Shown here in pieces: positions 1 to 13,320 of a DNA stretch of 64,000 nucleotides. Position 1 is the first letter of the stretch, and each line of letters opens with the position of its first letter. The stretch is from assembly GCA_951406725.2 (NCBI GenBank), contig OX597814.1, forward strand, positions 71,114,001 to 71,178,000, written 5' to 3'. Under the pieces are notes generated by a model, which saw only the letters and a list, made by a program, of their open reading frames with translations, made no database searches and was not told the DNA's origin. The DNA is from Octopus vulgaris. Lineage: Eukaryota. The position numbers and the translations under genes are program-made.

Positions 1-1145
1 TACTGCTTTTAATTCCGTACTTTGTAATTTTTCCTTCCCAGTATTGTTTTCTGTTTTTATACAACCTCATGTACACCTTATCACTAATTTTGAATAATTT
101 TGGATAGTCTTTCCTGATATTTTTTCTTTCCTCGTCAGATAACAGTTTATCAAAAACTAATTTCACCTTTCTCGCGAACATTAGTTGAGCTGGAATTGCT
201 GCAGAGCGACTTCGTCTGCAACTTTGCTTGCTTTTATCAATGCTCTTTTTAAAATGTCCACAAAACCTTCTGCCTGTCTATTTGATCTGGGATGGTAAGG
301 TGTTATCGTTTTATGTTCTACCGTTGAACATTTCGCAAAATTTTCTAAATTCACAGGACACAAATTGCATTCCATTATCAGATACAATCACGTCCGGGAT
401 GCCAAATCTTGCGAATAATTCGGGCAAAACATTTATTACCGTTGCGGAGATTGGTCTTTTGCACTTAATAATTTCCGACCATTTTGTAAAACTATCAATT
501 ACTACTAAGTAGTAATAACCATTTAACGGACCCGCAAAATCGATGTGTAGTCTTGACCATGGACTTTTTACTTCTGGCCAAGGTTCCCTTTATGAGAAGG
601 CAATTTCGCTGCAAGAGCACATCTTCCGCAGCCTTTTACTATGTTTTCAACTTCCCTGTCCATCTTCGGCCAATACACATAACTGTGCATAATTGATTTC
701 ATCTTTGCGATGCCCGGATGTCTAATATGGTATTCTTTCAACATTCTTTTTGTAGTGTCTCAGGTATCATTACCCTTTCGCCATACATCAGTACGTCGTC
801 GCATGTTGAGCAAATGTTTACCTCTTGTCGTTTTTTCTTACCGAACCTTTTTCTGTTTTCTTTCGCTGACCACAGAATTTTTTTTTTATTCACTAATGAA
901 CTTTTCCTTCGACACGTGTCGCTTTATCTCCTCAGACTTATTGGTAACTCTCGTACAATTTTCCACGTTATGTATTTAATTTTCCCTTCGGTGATTAGGG
1001 CTGCTGTTACTGTGTCCTCGAATGGTTCGTCATTTCTGAGTATTAACTTGGATAGGCCGTTAGCATATCCTAGCTTTTTCGAAGGTAAATATCACATTGC
1101 GTAGTCGTAATTTAGTAGTATGGTGTCCCATTACTGCAACATGCT
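1..1145 (-). mobile_element. Ty3/Gypsy pol remnant (RNase H C-terminus and integrase), frameshifted
   Basis: Minus-strand translation gives LQ*WDTILLNYDY..YLPSKKLGYANGLSKL (RNase H end), an HHCC-like PGIAKMKS...YWPKMD...CGRC, PWSRLHIDFAGPLNGYYYLVVIDSFTKWSE and TPYHPRSNRQAEGFV (rve integrase core). Confidence 0.9.
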
Positions 1146-1424
1146 TGCTGTATGTATCCTCCGATCTCTAACAAATATATGTTTTTAAACACTACCTAAA
1201 TGAATTTCAGTTCTATGTATGAGTGCTATTCAATAATTAATACTGTAGTTTATTATCCCATAGCTCTTTGACCGATACTGAATTACATTGTTAGTTTTAA
1301 AAAGTCATTGAAACATTGTAACTATAATAACAAACCAACACCACTACCACCGCCACCACAAACAACAATAGAATACTTCAAATAAACAAGCTGTTAGCAG
1401 CTAGGATCTGCCCGGTCGCCTCAG

Positions 1425-1806
1425 TGATATATGATTGATAGTTTCAGGAGCTTTTAATGCCATATGAAACTAATGCTAGCATTGTTTATTGCATGTTTCA
1501 CCTCCATATGCTGATGTCGTCGTCGTTGTTATTGTTGACGATGATGTCTGAGTGTAGTTAGCCTGTGTTTTGAATATAGCTGAGATAGTAGAAGATAGAC
1601 TAAATTAGATTTCTTCATTGGTTCTTTTCTTTTCTTTTCTTTTCTTTTATTCTGCTCGGTTCTGAGTTCTGAGCTCGTCGAAGTCGACATTTTCCTGCCA
1701 CTGGTATCGATAAATTAGTTGCCAGTATTTTACATTGTGCTCATTACAACCCACTTCATTTTGCTTTACAAATAATATTAAAAACAAGTAATTATTTTCT
1801 CCTACA
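1425..1806 (-). mobile_element. Probable 5' LTR of the Gypsy remnant
   Basis: Minus strand reads TGTAGG...AATAAA...TATATCA, followed immediately by a PBS-like CTGAGGCGACCGGG. No second LTR is present in the window to confirm. Confidence 0.45.
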
Positions 1807-2600
1807 TTCTTTACTCTATCATTATCTATTGTAAGTACCTGCAAAAACCAATATAAATCAATGTACTATAACCTCTTTCTTGGTGCCAGGCAAATGTTTT
1901 AGTCTAGAAAGGTATAACAACGAAAACAAAAGTCGTTTTGCTTCAAATTCTGTTTTGCTCTACCCACTCTCCTGACAACAAATACTGGTTTTATGCCAAG
2001 TCAGAGGAAATCATCATCATCATCATCATCATCATCACTATCATTATCGTCATTCAGAAGTCTCGTTTTATTGCGTTCTTTTTTGTTTTGTTTTTTTTCC
2101 ACTGCACTACCGAGTGACTTGGATACGTGCTGCGTTACTTTTACTTTTTTGTTGCTTTTATTGTATCGAAATTGCTTCACGTAAAAGATGATCAGCGTAT
2201 AGTAAGTGCTATTTTCTGTGTTCATACATTCCTGGGTTCTTGTTTATATATTTGTTGGCATGTTGCTTTTTCCGTTCCTTCATATTTGTTTTCCTTCGTA
2301 TTTCTTTGGGTTCAATACTCCCAACCGTAGAGGTTTCTGCAAATATTTTCTTCGTTTAGTTTAGTGATATTGATGTCCGTACATGGATTAATAAAGTCTG
2401 TGATAGTAAAGTGTGGTTTTTGTTGTTTTTATTGTTGTTGCCATTTCATCTTTCGTTGCTCTATAGGAACATCTATTGATTTAATTCAGGGAATATATCC
2501 AGCTTTATATACTGAACTTTCTATACCCAGCTTTAGAATGTCATGGTTGCGATTTCCACCTTTATTATTGCTTTTGTTGTTATTATTATTATTATCATTA

Positions 2601-2825
2601 GACGACGAACTGGCGGAATCGTTAGTACGCAAGGCAAAATGCTTAGCGGCACTTCATCCATCTTTACGTTTTGAGTTCAAATTCTATCAAGGTTGATTTT
2701 ACCTTTGTCTTTTTGGTGTCGATAAAATAAGTACCAGTTGAGCACTGGGGCCGAAGTAATTGATTTAACCCCTCCACAAAAACTGCTGCCCTTACGCCAA
2801 AATTTGAAACCATTATTATTATTAT
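2601..2825 (+). mobile_element. tRNA-derived SINE, family A
   Basis: A/B-box-like head (CTGGCGGAATCGTTAG...GAGTTCAAATTC), shared body and (ATT)n tail; similar copies at 5310, 5570, 5785 and 7415. Confidence 0.8.
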
Positions 2826-3974
2826 TATCATTACCTGTAAGCTAAACAACATAACAACAAAAGGAATACCAAAAATATTCACTGCAACAAAATGAGTGCT
2901 TTTACGCGCGAAAGAAAACTTTCCCTATATATGACCTAAACATGATAGCTGAAAATAGGTTATTTGGTAAGCTTTCGGAACAAATCTGCGGTCTCAGGAT
3001 AATCCATGAGCCATGTTTTTATCCTTCTTTTCCTCCACACGTATTGGAAGTTCTGTTGGAGGCACGTCACTGAACCATAAAAATATCTCTACTCAATTAG
3101 ACATTTCAAAAGAGAGTAATGTGATGCATTATCCTCATTAAACACTTGGATTTTAAGTGTCAAAATGATGGTAGTGATGATTCTTGACCTCACGAAATTG
3201 CTGTAGAATTTGAACCATAAAAACAAGGTTTAGAATCCTGGAGCTCTAAATCACACAATTCAAAGCAACAACAGCAACGTCAACATTCTCAACAACATTT
3301 GTACCAATGCAGCATTTTGGGTGTCTTCTATCAAAGTTTTATATCAACTAAAGCCTTGTGAATCAAATTTTGTTACGCAACTGCATGTCGTGCAGACTGT
3401 TCCTGTTTAAGAATGGTAAACGTAACCCGGTTTAAAACCACCACTGGATTTATGTGCATGCCTGTAGCAGTGTCCACTTTGTTGCAATTAATGAGGCCGA
3501 TTAGAGAGTAATTTCTGCTCTTTTCAATCTCAGAGCCCCTGAAAACGGACATTGGTACTATCCCAACGGAGCCATAAAATAAAACAAAAAAGAAACACTC
3601 ATTTAAGTGGCATGAATTGAGGTCAGACGGGAAATGATTATTTCTTTTAACAAAGAGGAAAAACCCTTTTGTCTGAGAAAAAGCAGGTGATTACGATCAG
3701 TCATCTCACTTTATATATGACAGATAATACTCATTATTTAGCAATACTGAAATTAATAAAATTGATAACCAGTGCGATTTTTTGACGACTTAGAGATAAA
3801 AAGGCGGCTCACTCTCTTTTTAAGGATCTTCATAACTATTTGAAGGAGGGAGAAATTTATTTTTATAGTGGAGACCTGGCTTGAATGCTTCCAACAGAGT
3901 ACTTTGTTACAGTCACACAAGGACCGGGTATGGCTTTTATAGCGAATGACAGATTAGATTTAAGAGCAGGAATG

Positions 3975-4140
3975 GTTTATCCGACGAGTTTCTACAGTTT
4001 ACGTCAACCAAGTTTTACTCGCCAGGTTTTAGTCAACTCAAAGCTATGCTAGAAGACACTTGTACAAGTGCCATAAAGTGAAATTGAACTTGACACCACG
4101 TAATTGTAGAACGAACTTCATAAACATACAGCCATGCCTG
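3975..4140 (-). mobile_element. tRNA-derived SINE, family B (degraded)
   Basis: Reverse complement resembles the copies at 6789 and 31678 (GGCTGTGTGGTAAGAAG...AAGTGTCTTCTA). Confidence 0.65.
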
Positions 4141-5309
4141 CGACCCTTAAATACATCTGATGATCATAACTAAGATATTATAGTAATATATTGAAAGAAA
4201 TAACTCCATTGTATATGCCATCAATCGTTGATGTAGTAAAGTACCTGCTATGGATCTATAACGCCAGTAGCATGAACAGCTAAATAACATTGCTATGGAC
4301 AAGGAAATTGGTCAATCAATACCAGGTTTGTATCGATTGAACATTGGATGATAAAGGAATAGTAAATAATCGGATTATCACAGAGGAAATTAGTGACTCT
4401 TTATTGCTGTTTTAGTTTCTGTCATCATCATTGCCATTAAATTAATCGTTATCGTAGTTATCACCGTTACAGTAGCATTTCATAGTATTATCGTTTTTGG
4501 CCCTATTTCAGCCAGTTATTTTATATTCTTAGTGGCTATCACAACCAACTATAAAAATGACCTCTTATGATAGACTGTCTATTGCTGTTAGTGTAGCAAA
4601 ACTTGTTGCCTACAAGCGTTTATATTTTCTCGCATTAGCACGACAAACAATAATGATAGATAATAATAATTTGTCTCTTATAATAACAGTGGAAGATTAC
4701 GTGTACTCTATTGAATTTCCTTTAAAATATATTTTTCTATTTATCCACTCACAGTAATAACACAAACTGTACAATATGATCATTCAAAATGTTGAACATA
4801 TCCGACAATGAACGGAACCTGACAGAGAAATGATAAATGTGACATATGTTCGAAAGAAAGCAGAAAATAAAATTTTACACCAGCAAATCATTCTGCACGA
4901 CTGTTCGTTATTGGACTTTAGATGGTATTAACAAAATATGCACGGCCGCTTTAGCAGTTCGCTAAGTAAGAACAAAACATATTGCAGTAATTATGTTGTG
5001 TTATTTGGCAAAAACGAAGTCTTTGGGATTTGTTTTAACACGGCCCATGAAGTTGCTGTGTAAATAGTTCTGAATATGGATGCACGTGAATAAAACAATG
5101 AATATTTATTTTTGAAAATAGTGTAATGATTTCCTATGGCCTTTATCTGGTAATTATGAAAGCGGATATTTTTTTCTCTTCAACAAGAACTGGGGAACAA
5201 CCGTAGGCATGCTTTGGTTTTATCAGACCTTTTCAGCAAAGTATAAGATTTCACAAAACTTTAAGTTGTGATGAGAGAGTCACAAATTAGATGTTCAGTA
5301 TTAGATCGG

Positions 5310-5485
5310 AAACTGGCAGAATCGTTAGCACACCGGGCAAAATGTTTAGTGAGTTCAAATTCTGCCGAGGTCGAGTTTGCCTTTCATCCTTTTAGGGTCG
5401 ATAAAATAAGTACCTGTTGAGCATTGGAGTTGATGTAATCGACTTAGCTCCTACTCCGAAATTTATGGCCTTGTGCCAAAATCAA
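5310..5485 (+). mobile_element. SINE family A copy
   Basis: CTGGCAGAATCGTTAGCA...GAGTTCAAATTCTGCCGAGGTCG...GGCCTTGTGCCAAAA. Confidence 0.8.
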
Positions 5486-5569
5486 AATAGTAGACAAGTA
5501 TAAGTGAAAAATTAGCATATTAAATAATTAACATATTAAAAAAGTACAAATCAGTAATATTATTTTCTA

Positions 5570-5985
5570 CTCTATGCACAAGGCCCGAAATTTTGGGGAA
5601 TGGGGGGGGCAGTCGATTAGATCGATCCCAGTACGCAATTGGTACTTAATTTATCAACCCGAAAGGATGAAAGGCAAAGTCGACCTCGGCAGAATTTGTA
5701 CTCAGAACCTAAAGACAGACGAAATACTGCTAAGCATTTCGCCCGGTGTGCTCACGTTTCTGACAGTTATCCGCCTTATTTGAAATATTAGTTTCAAATT
5801 TTGGCACAAGGCTAGCAATTTCGAGAAGTGAGTAAGTCGATTACATCGATGCCAGTACTCAACTTATTGAACCCGAAAGGAGAAAATGTAAAGTCGATCT
5901 CGGCGGAATTTGAACTCAGAACGTAAAGACGGACGAAATGTCTCTAAGCATTTTCCCAGCGTGCTAACGATTCTGCCAGCTTGCC
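5570..5985 (-). mobile_element. Two tandem SINE family A copies
   Basis: Two successive reverse-complement copies (about 5570-5780 and 5785-5985). Confidence 0.8.
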
Positions 5986-6788
5986 GATACAAATCAGTAA
6001 TATTGTTTGCTTTTTGTTGTTTCTTTTTATGCGAATAGTAATTTAATGATGAATATCTAGTAAACTAAATTTTCATACTACTCGTCTACTATTGAATGTT
6101 TACTTATTGATTTTATCATCACTGCCTTAACAAGACGTTTAATTAGATCTAATCATTCCCGGAGTTGTCTCCAGTAATTGCTGAAATTATTAAAATAATA
6201 CATATTTCTCACTGAAATAAGGTTGTGTTTTTCACACTGCATATGTATTTTACATTGAGTTTTTAATGCTTATTGCATTAAATATGTTAGCACGAGCTTA
6301 ACCAGATTTATCAAATGTAATGTGTTTGGGATTAGGGTTGATTTAAGAGTCACTTATATTATACCTTGAATTAATTATATTATACATTGATAATACTTAA
6401 AGAAAACAATCGAAGTGAATACGAGAGTTTAAACGGTTATTCATTGGTTGGATTCTGATTGTGTGAATAAAACGTTGAATAATAGCAGAAGTTGACTGGT
6501 AGAGACAGAAATGAGGTACGATAAGTGGAGACGACTACAGGGTGAAGTAACTTATATAACTACTTAAGAACTACTTACAACTACTTAGATTGTTCTAAGA
6601 TATTTCAAGAACATGTTAATAGTTTAAGTGCAAGGTTGAGTTTATTTATAAGAATATATGTATGCATACTTGTGCGTGATTATTTGGCTGCTGGCAGTCT
6701 TGTGTATTCACACATATGGGTCTACATATACACGCATGATCAACTATACAGAATCCCACCCACTCACATATACATATATATCTATGAG

Positions 6789-6942
6789 ACATGACTGTGT
6801 GGTAAGAAGCTTGCTTTCAAACTATATGGTTCCAGGTTCAGACCCACCGCGTAGCACCTTGGGCAAGTGTCTTCTATAGCGCCAGAGCTCGACGAAAGTT
6901 TTATCAGTGGATTTGGTTGACGAAAACTAACAGAAGACTGTT

Positions 6943-6980
<38 letters not shown>
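6789..6980 (+). mobile_element. SINE family B copy with (GT)n tail
   Basis: ATGACTGTGTGGTAAGAAGC...GGTTCAGACCC...CTTGGGCAAGTGTCTTCTA. Confidence 0.8.
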
Positions 6981-7414
6981 AAGGATAATAAATTTGTACT
7001 CCACAAAAGTATAGAGTAACCCATCAGATTAATGTAGAATTGTTTTATTAAAACTGAACATTAAAGAAAATCATTAATGTACATATGTATGTATATATAT
7101 AGCTAGCTATAGAACAAAAGATTCAATTTACTTGTTGAAAAGAACACTCGTTACTTAAAGTAAGTGTCGGAGAAATCTGCATTCGCCACTGAATTTTGAT
7201 TTCGGTCTGACGATATCAAAATAAATGCATATGAAAAAATAAGAATGTTTTAGGATTTTTGTTGCAAGAGTGAAGTATTGTCAAGGGTTCGTGGTGTAGC
7301 AACACTAATGATACAAATGAGTCAATAAAGAGCAGTTTCTAGTATTGCCTTATACATTCGAAGATATAACACGAGACATAAATCGTTAGATACTAATATT
7401 ATTTGGGGGTTTAA

Positions 7415-7620
7415 GGCGGCGAGCTAGAAGAGTTGTAAACTAGTGCTTAGCGGCATTTCTTCCGGTGCTTTACGTTCTAAGTTCAAATTCCGCCGAGGTC
7501 AACTTAGCCTTTCATCTTTTCGGGGTCAACAAAATACCAGTCAAGTACTGGGGTCGATGTAATCGACTTTTACGTCCCATCAAAATTGCTGGCCTTGTGC
7601 TAGATTTAGAAAATATTATT
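7415..7620 (+). mobile_element. SINE family A copy
   Basis: GGCGGCGAGCTAG...GTTCAAATTCCGCCGAGGTC...GGCCTTGTGC. Confidence 0.8.
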
Positions 7621-9514
7621 TTGAGGTTTCGTTATACCCTTTGTATTGATTAAAAGTTCCGAGAATGAAAGACGTATATAGCTTAGGGGGGGGGTGATTT
7701 AAATAAACCAATATATGGTTAAAAGTGGGAAAGTCAGTAAGGCAACATTAGGTAAATGAAAATAGGTGAAGTGTTATATGGTATAATGTGTTACCAAAAG
7801 GGATTGATGGTATATAGGACAGAGATCTTAGTGATAGGAAGAGTCTCATATCTAATTTCTTCCTTGTTTAAAAAAAAGGAAGAAAATGGAGCAAGTGTGT
7901 GTTTTTCTTGATAAACAGTAAATATTGACCTGTTCTATACGGCAATAGTATAGCCTTCCACTGTTTCAGAAGATATTTACCGAAGAGGTGCCATTTGGGG
8001 AAGAGTTCTAATAATATTTTTAGAATGTCTGTAAGTTTCTTAAAACTGAATAGTAGTCCTTTCAGTTCATCAGTAGTATATTCTTTAAAATACCAGACGT
8101 AATTGAGATACCTTTGTGGCAGTATTTTCTACACACACATACATGTGCATGTATGTGTGTGTGTTTGCATATGGATGCATGAATATTAATAATTATAGAA
8201 TCTATTGCCGTATTATAGAGAACACATTCCTAAAATTAAAATGCTCCAGATGGTGTGATTTTTGACTGTCAGATAAATATAACATTCCATTACGGGATGT
8301 TATTTTGGGCAAAGATTGGAATTTACGAATTCTTGTAGACATTTCTGTTGATATTTATCAAGGAATTCAGGAATTTTCAATTACCACCCGATTAAAAGAG
8401 TTTATATCCCACATAGTGGAATTACCAAACTTTCAAATATGGTTATATAATGAATAGCCGTCTCTCCTACTTTCAGGTGTTTTAGACTTAAGACATGAAA
8501 ATGTCGCGTCCATTCGCATGGTACTAGATGAATATATTTCGTGTTATATGTATGGGAATTGACCAGATAAATGTGGAAATTGAGCAGATGTTTTTCTACA
8601 ACCAAATCTCAATGGCTAGTTATAGTTCGATGTTTACAAAATATTTTCTTATATATAGCCACGCTACTTTCCTCCTTTCTTTTAAATAACCGATCGGCGA
8701 AGTCAGGATTCCAGAAACTTCAGTTTCCACTTACATGTGTGAGTACTCCCACTGCACGAAAACACTTGTGATTTGCAATTAAAATCTATTCTTTCTATTT
8801 TCTTGTTTTATAAGTTTATATATGATAAATTCTGTATACACTAACAGAGTTCCGCATGTATATCCATATGATGGCAAATGGTAGCCGATAACCGAAATGG
8901 AGCTTTAAAATGCTCGTTATAAGGTTAATACCCAGATGATATTAGGGGTGTGTGTGTGTGTATTATGCATATATATATGTACTTAAGTGTATGTATATAT
9001 ACATATAAATATATACAGACGTGCATATATGGACACATAATATACATGCATAAAGACGCACACACAGAAAAAGAATAAAATTGATAGGAAGATATCATGC
9101 TAATCAAATTATAAACTCGTGCACACATGAAACTCTGTTTGGTGAACATAGATGCATACATGGAAACATGCTTTTGGTATGTGTGTATGCTTGAATGTGT
9201 GCTTGTGTGTGTATATGCGCGTGTGCAGAATCTTAAAAGTCTATGGGAGACCAGATTTAAGTAAGAATGAATGTCTAAGACATTCATTAATTCATTTAAG
9301 TAAGAATGAATGTCTTTTAAGTAAGAATGAATGTCTAAGACATTAAGTAAGAATGAAAGTCTAAGAGTTGTCTTGCTATCATCTTAATCTTGACACGTCT
9401 ACATATTTGAGATCAACAACTAATAACTGAATATACTTTCCGAAATGTCAAAATTTTGGAGAATATCTTACTTCTTAATTTATTAGTATTGTTTTGTTTC
9501 AAAAGATTCAGGAA

Positions 9515-12110
9515 TTACAACCGTGTTTCGTGGTCTGCTACCACAACAGCTCCTTTATAGGATCCAGTTAGCTCAAGACATCATCAGGAGGAACCACGTC
9601 CGGTTTCGGCCCCTACTCCTCTACCGTTTTGACGTGGCGCCCCCCCCCCCTTTCGGAGGTGTCTTCAGCTCTGGTGTTGGGTGCATTTCTTGGCCTCTTC
9701 GATGTATCGTCAGCGAGTGTCAGCCGGTGACTGACTGACTGACTTGTCAAAGTTTTCCATTTAAATACCTGCCGCTAGCTCCAGCAGACAGCCCCAGCAA
9801 GTTGTTACATGACACTGTCTCACCTTAACTGACTAGTGAAGGCGCGTAGTTTTAACTCGCGCATTCTCTAAACGACCGTCACCTGTCAGTCAGCGAAGCT
9901 GATTCAGTGTCAGCTTGTCTCACCTACTGATGTTATTTCCCGCCGGCATGTTATGACTTTCAAGCCATTTTCGGTCTTCCGTTTCAGCCATATATAGAAG
10001 CTGGCTTTTCGACCGCCTCCTGTACTCTCCTTATTAGTTTTCACTGCTCGGAGCTAGAAAAAACAAATCTTCTTTCGAAAAGCGTTGTCATTTTCCTTTC
10101 AATGAAGCCTCTTGCCCCCACTGCCAGGAGATAATATTCGACATTCCATCCCTGTTCTCTGCATTCTTCGATTAGCTTTTCGTGCCTCTTCTCTTTTTCC
10201 TCTGCATTGCCGATGTTCTTTTCGCAAGGTACTGTCAGTTCTAGTAAAATTCCTATTCTCCGGTCTCTGTTCCACAGGACTAAATCCGGTCTTTTTGTTG
10301 TTTTTATTAGTGGAAATATTACTTGTCTTTCCAAGTCCGTGGCCACCTGGCCACCTTCCAGTATCCCTTCCATCTTTCGTCTATCTCGTATACTTTACTT
10401 GTAGGCCTGGTTTTATATCCTTTTCCCTCCTTGTGGAAGTATACTTTCCTGCGCTTTTCTACTTTTGGGTACTCTCCCCTATTGTACCTCTCGATCTTCT
10501 CCTTGAGTGCTGCGCTTATGACGCCGAGGACTTGATTATGCCGCCATGTATATCTTTCTAGTGCTAGTCTGCAATTTGACAGAACATGCCTAACCGTTGC
10601 TTTCTGTCCGCATCTACACTCATCGGTTGTTTTTATGTTTCACCGGACTAAGTTCACCGGTGAGGGTAGAACGTCGAAGGTAGACTTGATCAGGAAGGAT
10701 GTTCTTGCTTATTCCCAAGCCCAAAGTTCCTTCCATGATATTCTGCGGTTGGTCACATATTCCTCCCATCTCAGGCACTGTCCCTGTTGACTGCATTGCA
10801 CCAAATGTACATTTCGCCTTTCTTCTTCCTCCTTTGTCACTTCGGATATCACTGCCTCTTTCATCTCTTTTACATTGCTCTTGCAAAATGGCCTGAAATT
10901 TTGCGACCCTAGGCCGGTTCTAGCTTCTTGCGTCGCTCCAACTATATTCTGTGTGCCTTAGTTTTCCGATGGCCCTGTTTACTGCCTCTTCTGCCTTCCA
11001 TTTCCTCCCTGTTCGTACCTTTGGAGGGTTTTCCCGGATACACTGATATTTTGAATACCTTAGCATCATTACTGTCCTTGCCTTTCTTGCCTTATATTCT
11101 TCGGCGATTGATGTTATTGGTAGTTGCAGCACGGGTTTTCCATATAGTGCAGTTGTATTCAGTGGTTCCGGCAGACCAAGCCATTTTCTGATAAACACAT
11201 CGCATCTTTGTTCCATCCTTTCTACTCTACTCGAGGCTATTTCGTACATTTGCAATGGCCACATTATTCTTGGGTACAGCCCAAATTGCAGTATCCAACA
11301 TTTGAATTTTCCCGGCAGCATTTTTCTGTCAATTGCCTTTAATCATTGTTCTACTAACTCGTGTGTTTCTTTCCCTTGCTTCTTATAATTTAATAAATCT
11401 CTGTACCATCTGTCGAGACTCTTTAATGGTTGTTCTTTCACGGTTGGTATGTCTTCACCTCCTATCCTGAATTTCACTTCTTCTTGCCTTCCTTTCACGA
11501 AAGTCACGCTTCGAGATTTTTTTGGCTTTGAATTTCATCCTTGCCCATCCTATCAGTTCGTCCAACCGCTCTAACTTTCCCTCTGCTGCTACTCTACTTT
11601 CCGATTATATAGTTACGTCGTCCATAAAAGCCCTTAATGGTGTCTTTGTAACAGCTTTCTCAGAGTTTGTAGATCTAAGTAACATTTCCATGACTAGCAC
11701 GAATAAGATGACTGATATCGTGCATCCGGCTGCAATACCTATTTCAAGCCGTTGCCACTCCGTTGTGAACTTTCCTGCTGTAAATCTCATCCTCAGGTTG
11801 TCGTAGTACGACATGAGCATTCGTTGGACATCTTTTGGAATCCAAAAGAAGTCCATCGCTGTTTTTATTATTGCGTGCGGAACAGATCCATAAGCATTGG
11901 CAAGATCTAGCCAAACAATGTACAGGTTTTTCTTCATTTGTTTTGCACAGGTGATGGCTTTCCAGCTGGCAAATGCGTGTTCTATGCACCCAGGGATTCC
12001 GGGGATTCCTGCTTTTTTAATTTCTTCATTAACGTACCCGTTATGCTGTACGAATCTTATTATTCGTCTAGCAATTATTCCAAACATGCTTTGTCCGTTA
12101 TTGACTGACG
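9515..12110 (-). mobile_element. 5'-truncated HERO-type (RLE) non-LTR retrotransposon
   Basis: RT motifs GIPGCIEH, WLDLANAYGSVPH, GIAAGCTISVILF and FMDD; LPGKFKCWILQFGLYPRIMWPL; CCHC followed by RHNQVL; RLE motif RPDLVLW...LELTVP...VGARGF. The reading frame has stops and frameshifts; 3' UTR about 9515-10020. Confidence 0.85.
9575..9637 (-). ncRNA. Non-circularly permuted (pseudoknotted) hammerhead ribozyme candidate
   Basis: CCACGUC aaaa CGGU-A-GAGGAG ua GGGGC-C GAA-ACCG GACGUGG UUCCUC CUGAUGA U-GUCUU; stems I, II, III and an extra 7-bp helix all pair. Confidence 0.75.
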
Positions 12111-12299
12111 CCTTGTTCAACAGATATTGCCGAACTAGATAAATTTTGTACATCACCAGAGAGACCGTGTTTTTTTTTTTAGTGATAATATATCTCATTA
12201 TCATTTCCAAAGTAACTGAAAAATATTTTTGCTTTTCTCTTAAATGATGAAACAAAATTAAACGTACTCTCGAGACGTCTTTAGAGTCTTCGAAGTGTA

Positions 12300-13320
12300 G
12301 TCGTTATATGACAGTTTCCCATTTCATTACAGTTATTTGCGTTTTCATTGAACTCTGCAGGGTCTTTTGAGCTGCATGGCTTGCAAAATACATAAGGCAG
12401 ACTAGGCAGTGTTTCATAGTGTGATTTGCTTCTCCACATTTGCAGGTGGTTGAGCCAGTTTTGTTGACACATTCAGTTTTTGATCATCCTGTTCTGTGTT
12501 GACAGGTTTCATCAGTAGACAGATGTGTTCAATGCTGGGTTCAGTTTCTTGGCATGTGTAGATCTCTACCAGACAGGACATGTATATTCAGCAAAGGAAT
12601 ATCACAAAGCCGGAACAATAATCCTAATGTGTATTTGTTTTTGTCATACTTCTTAAAGGAGAAAGTATGGTCCAAGGTTAGTACAAGGTTAATCCGAAGT
12701 AAACAGGGTGGGCAGAGTGCTCTACTGATGTTCTAGACCAGTTGATGTTAAGGTGTCAGCTAGCCTCCCAAGATGAAACGAGCAGACTTGAATCTTCGCT
12801 GGGCTGGCATGCAAGTGGTTGCGTTCGTAATAGAATAATTAAGGTTGATAGAAGATTTGCTTCTACTGTTTCAAAGTATCATTTCGGGATGTTACACAGA
12901 GATAACTAACGGAGAGGGACGGCTCAGTTTTCTGGTCCATTGGCTGGACTTTAGTGTAGATATTACAGAGAAGTACAACCAGCACATTAGCTTCAGGTAA
13001 GCCATTCCTTTTGCATCGCCAGTGAATTTGCTCGTTGTTCAAGACAACAAAAAAGTACAATGAGGTGTGTGAGTCAGGTTATTTGTCAACACCAAGATCC
13101 TTTTCAGAAGGAAATTGTAGTTCATTGTGACATATTTGGCAGACAGATCAACAAAAAAAGACCTCCTGTTCCCAGTCCTTTCTGAAGACCATCCTCAATG
13201 TGCTGAGAGAGATTCAGAAGTTAGCATGTTGTAGATTTACTAAGTTAGAATTTGGTTCATTGAGGAATGATGGTTGGTTCAATAGCACGGGAAAATCTGT
13301 TAAGGATCATGCGTTCAAAC
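12300..13320 (-). mobile_element. Decayed RTEX-like LINE RT/C-terminal fragment
   Basis: WRCKRNGLPEANVLVVLLCNIYTKVQP (compare KNGLPQGSVLAP.LFNIYTNDQP), HPVYFGLTL..DHTFSFK and C-terminal CKCGEANHTMKHCLVC. Confidence 0.65.

Noticed and set aside
1647-1844. Host exon after a TTTTGCAG acceptor-like site
   Set aside because: No homology motif, and it overlaps the putative LTR.
3420-3720. Unique-looking segment with TAAT/ATTA motifs, a possible conserved non-coding element
   Set aside because: Cannot be supported without cross-species alignment.
9257-9362. Four copies of TTAAGTAAGAATGAATGTCT
   Set aside because: Local slippage duplication without spacers or structure.
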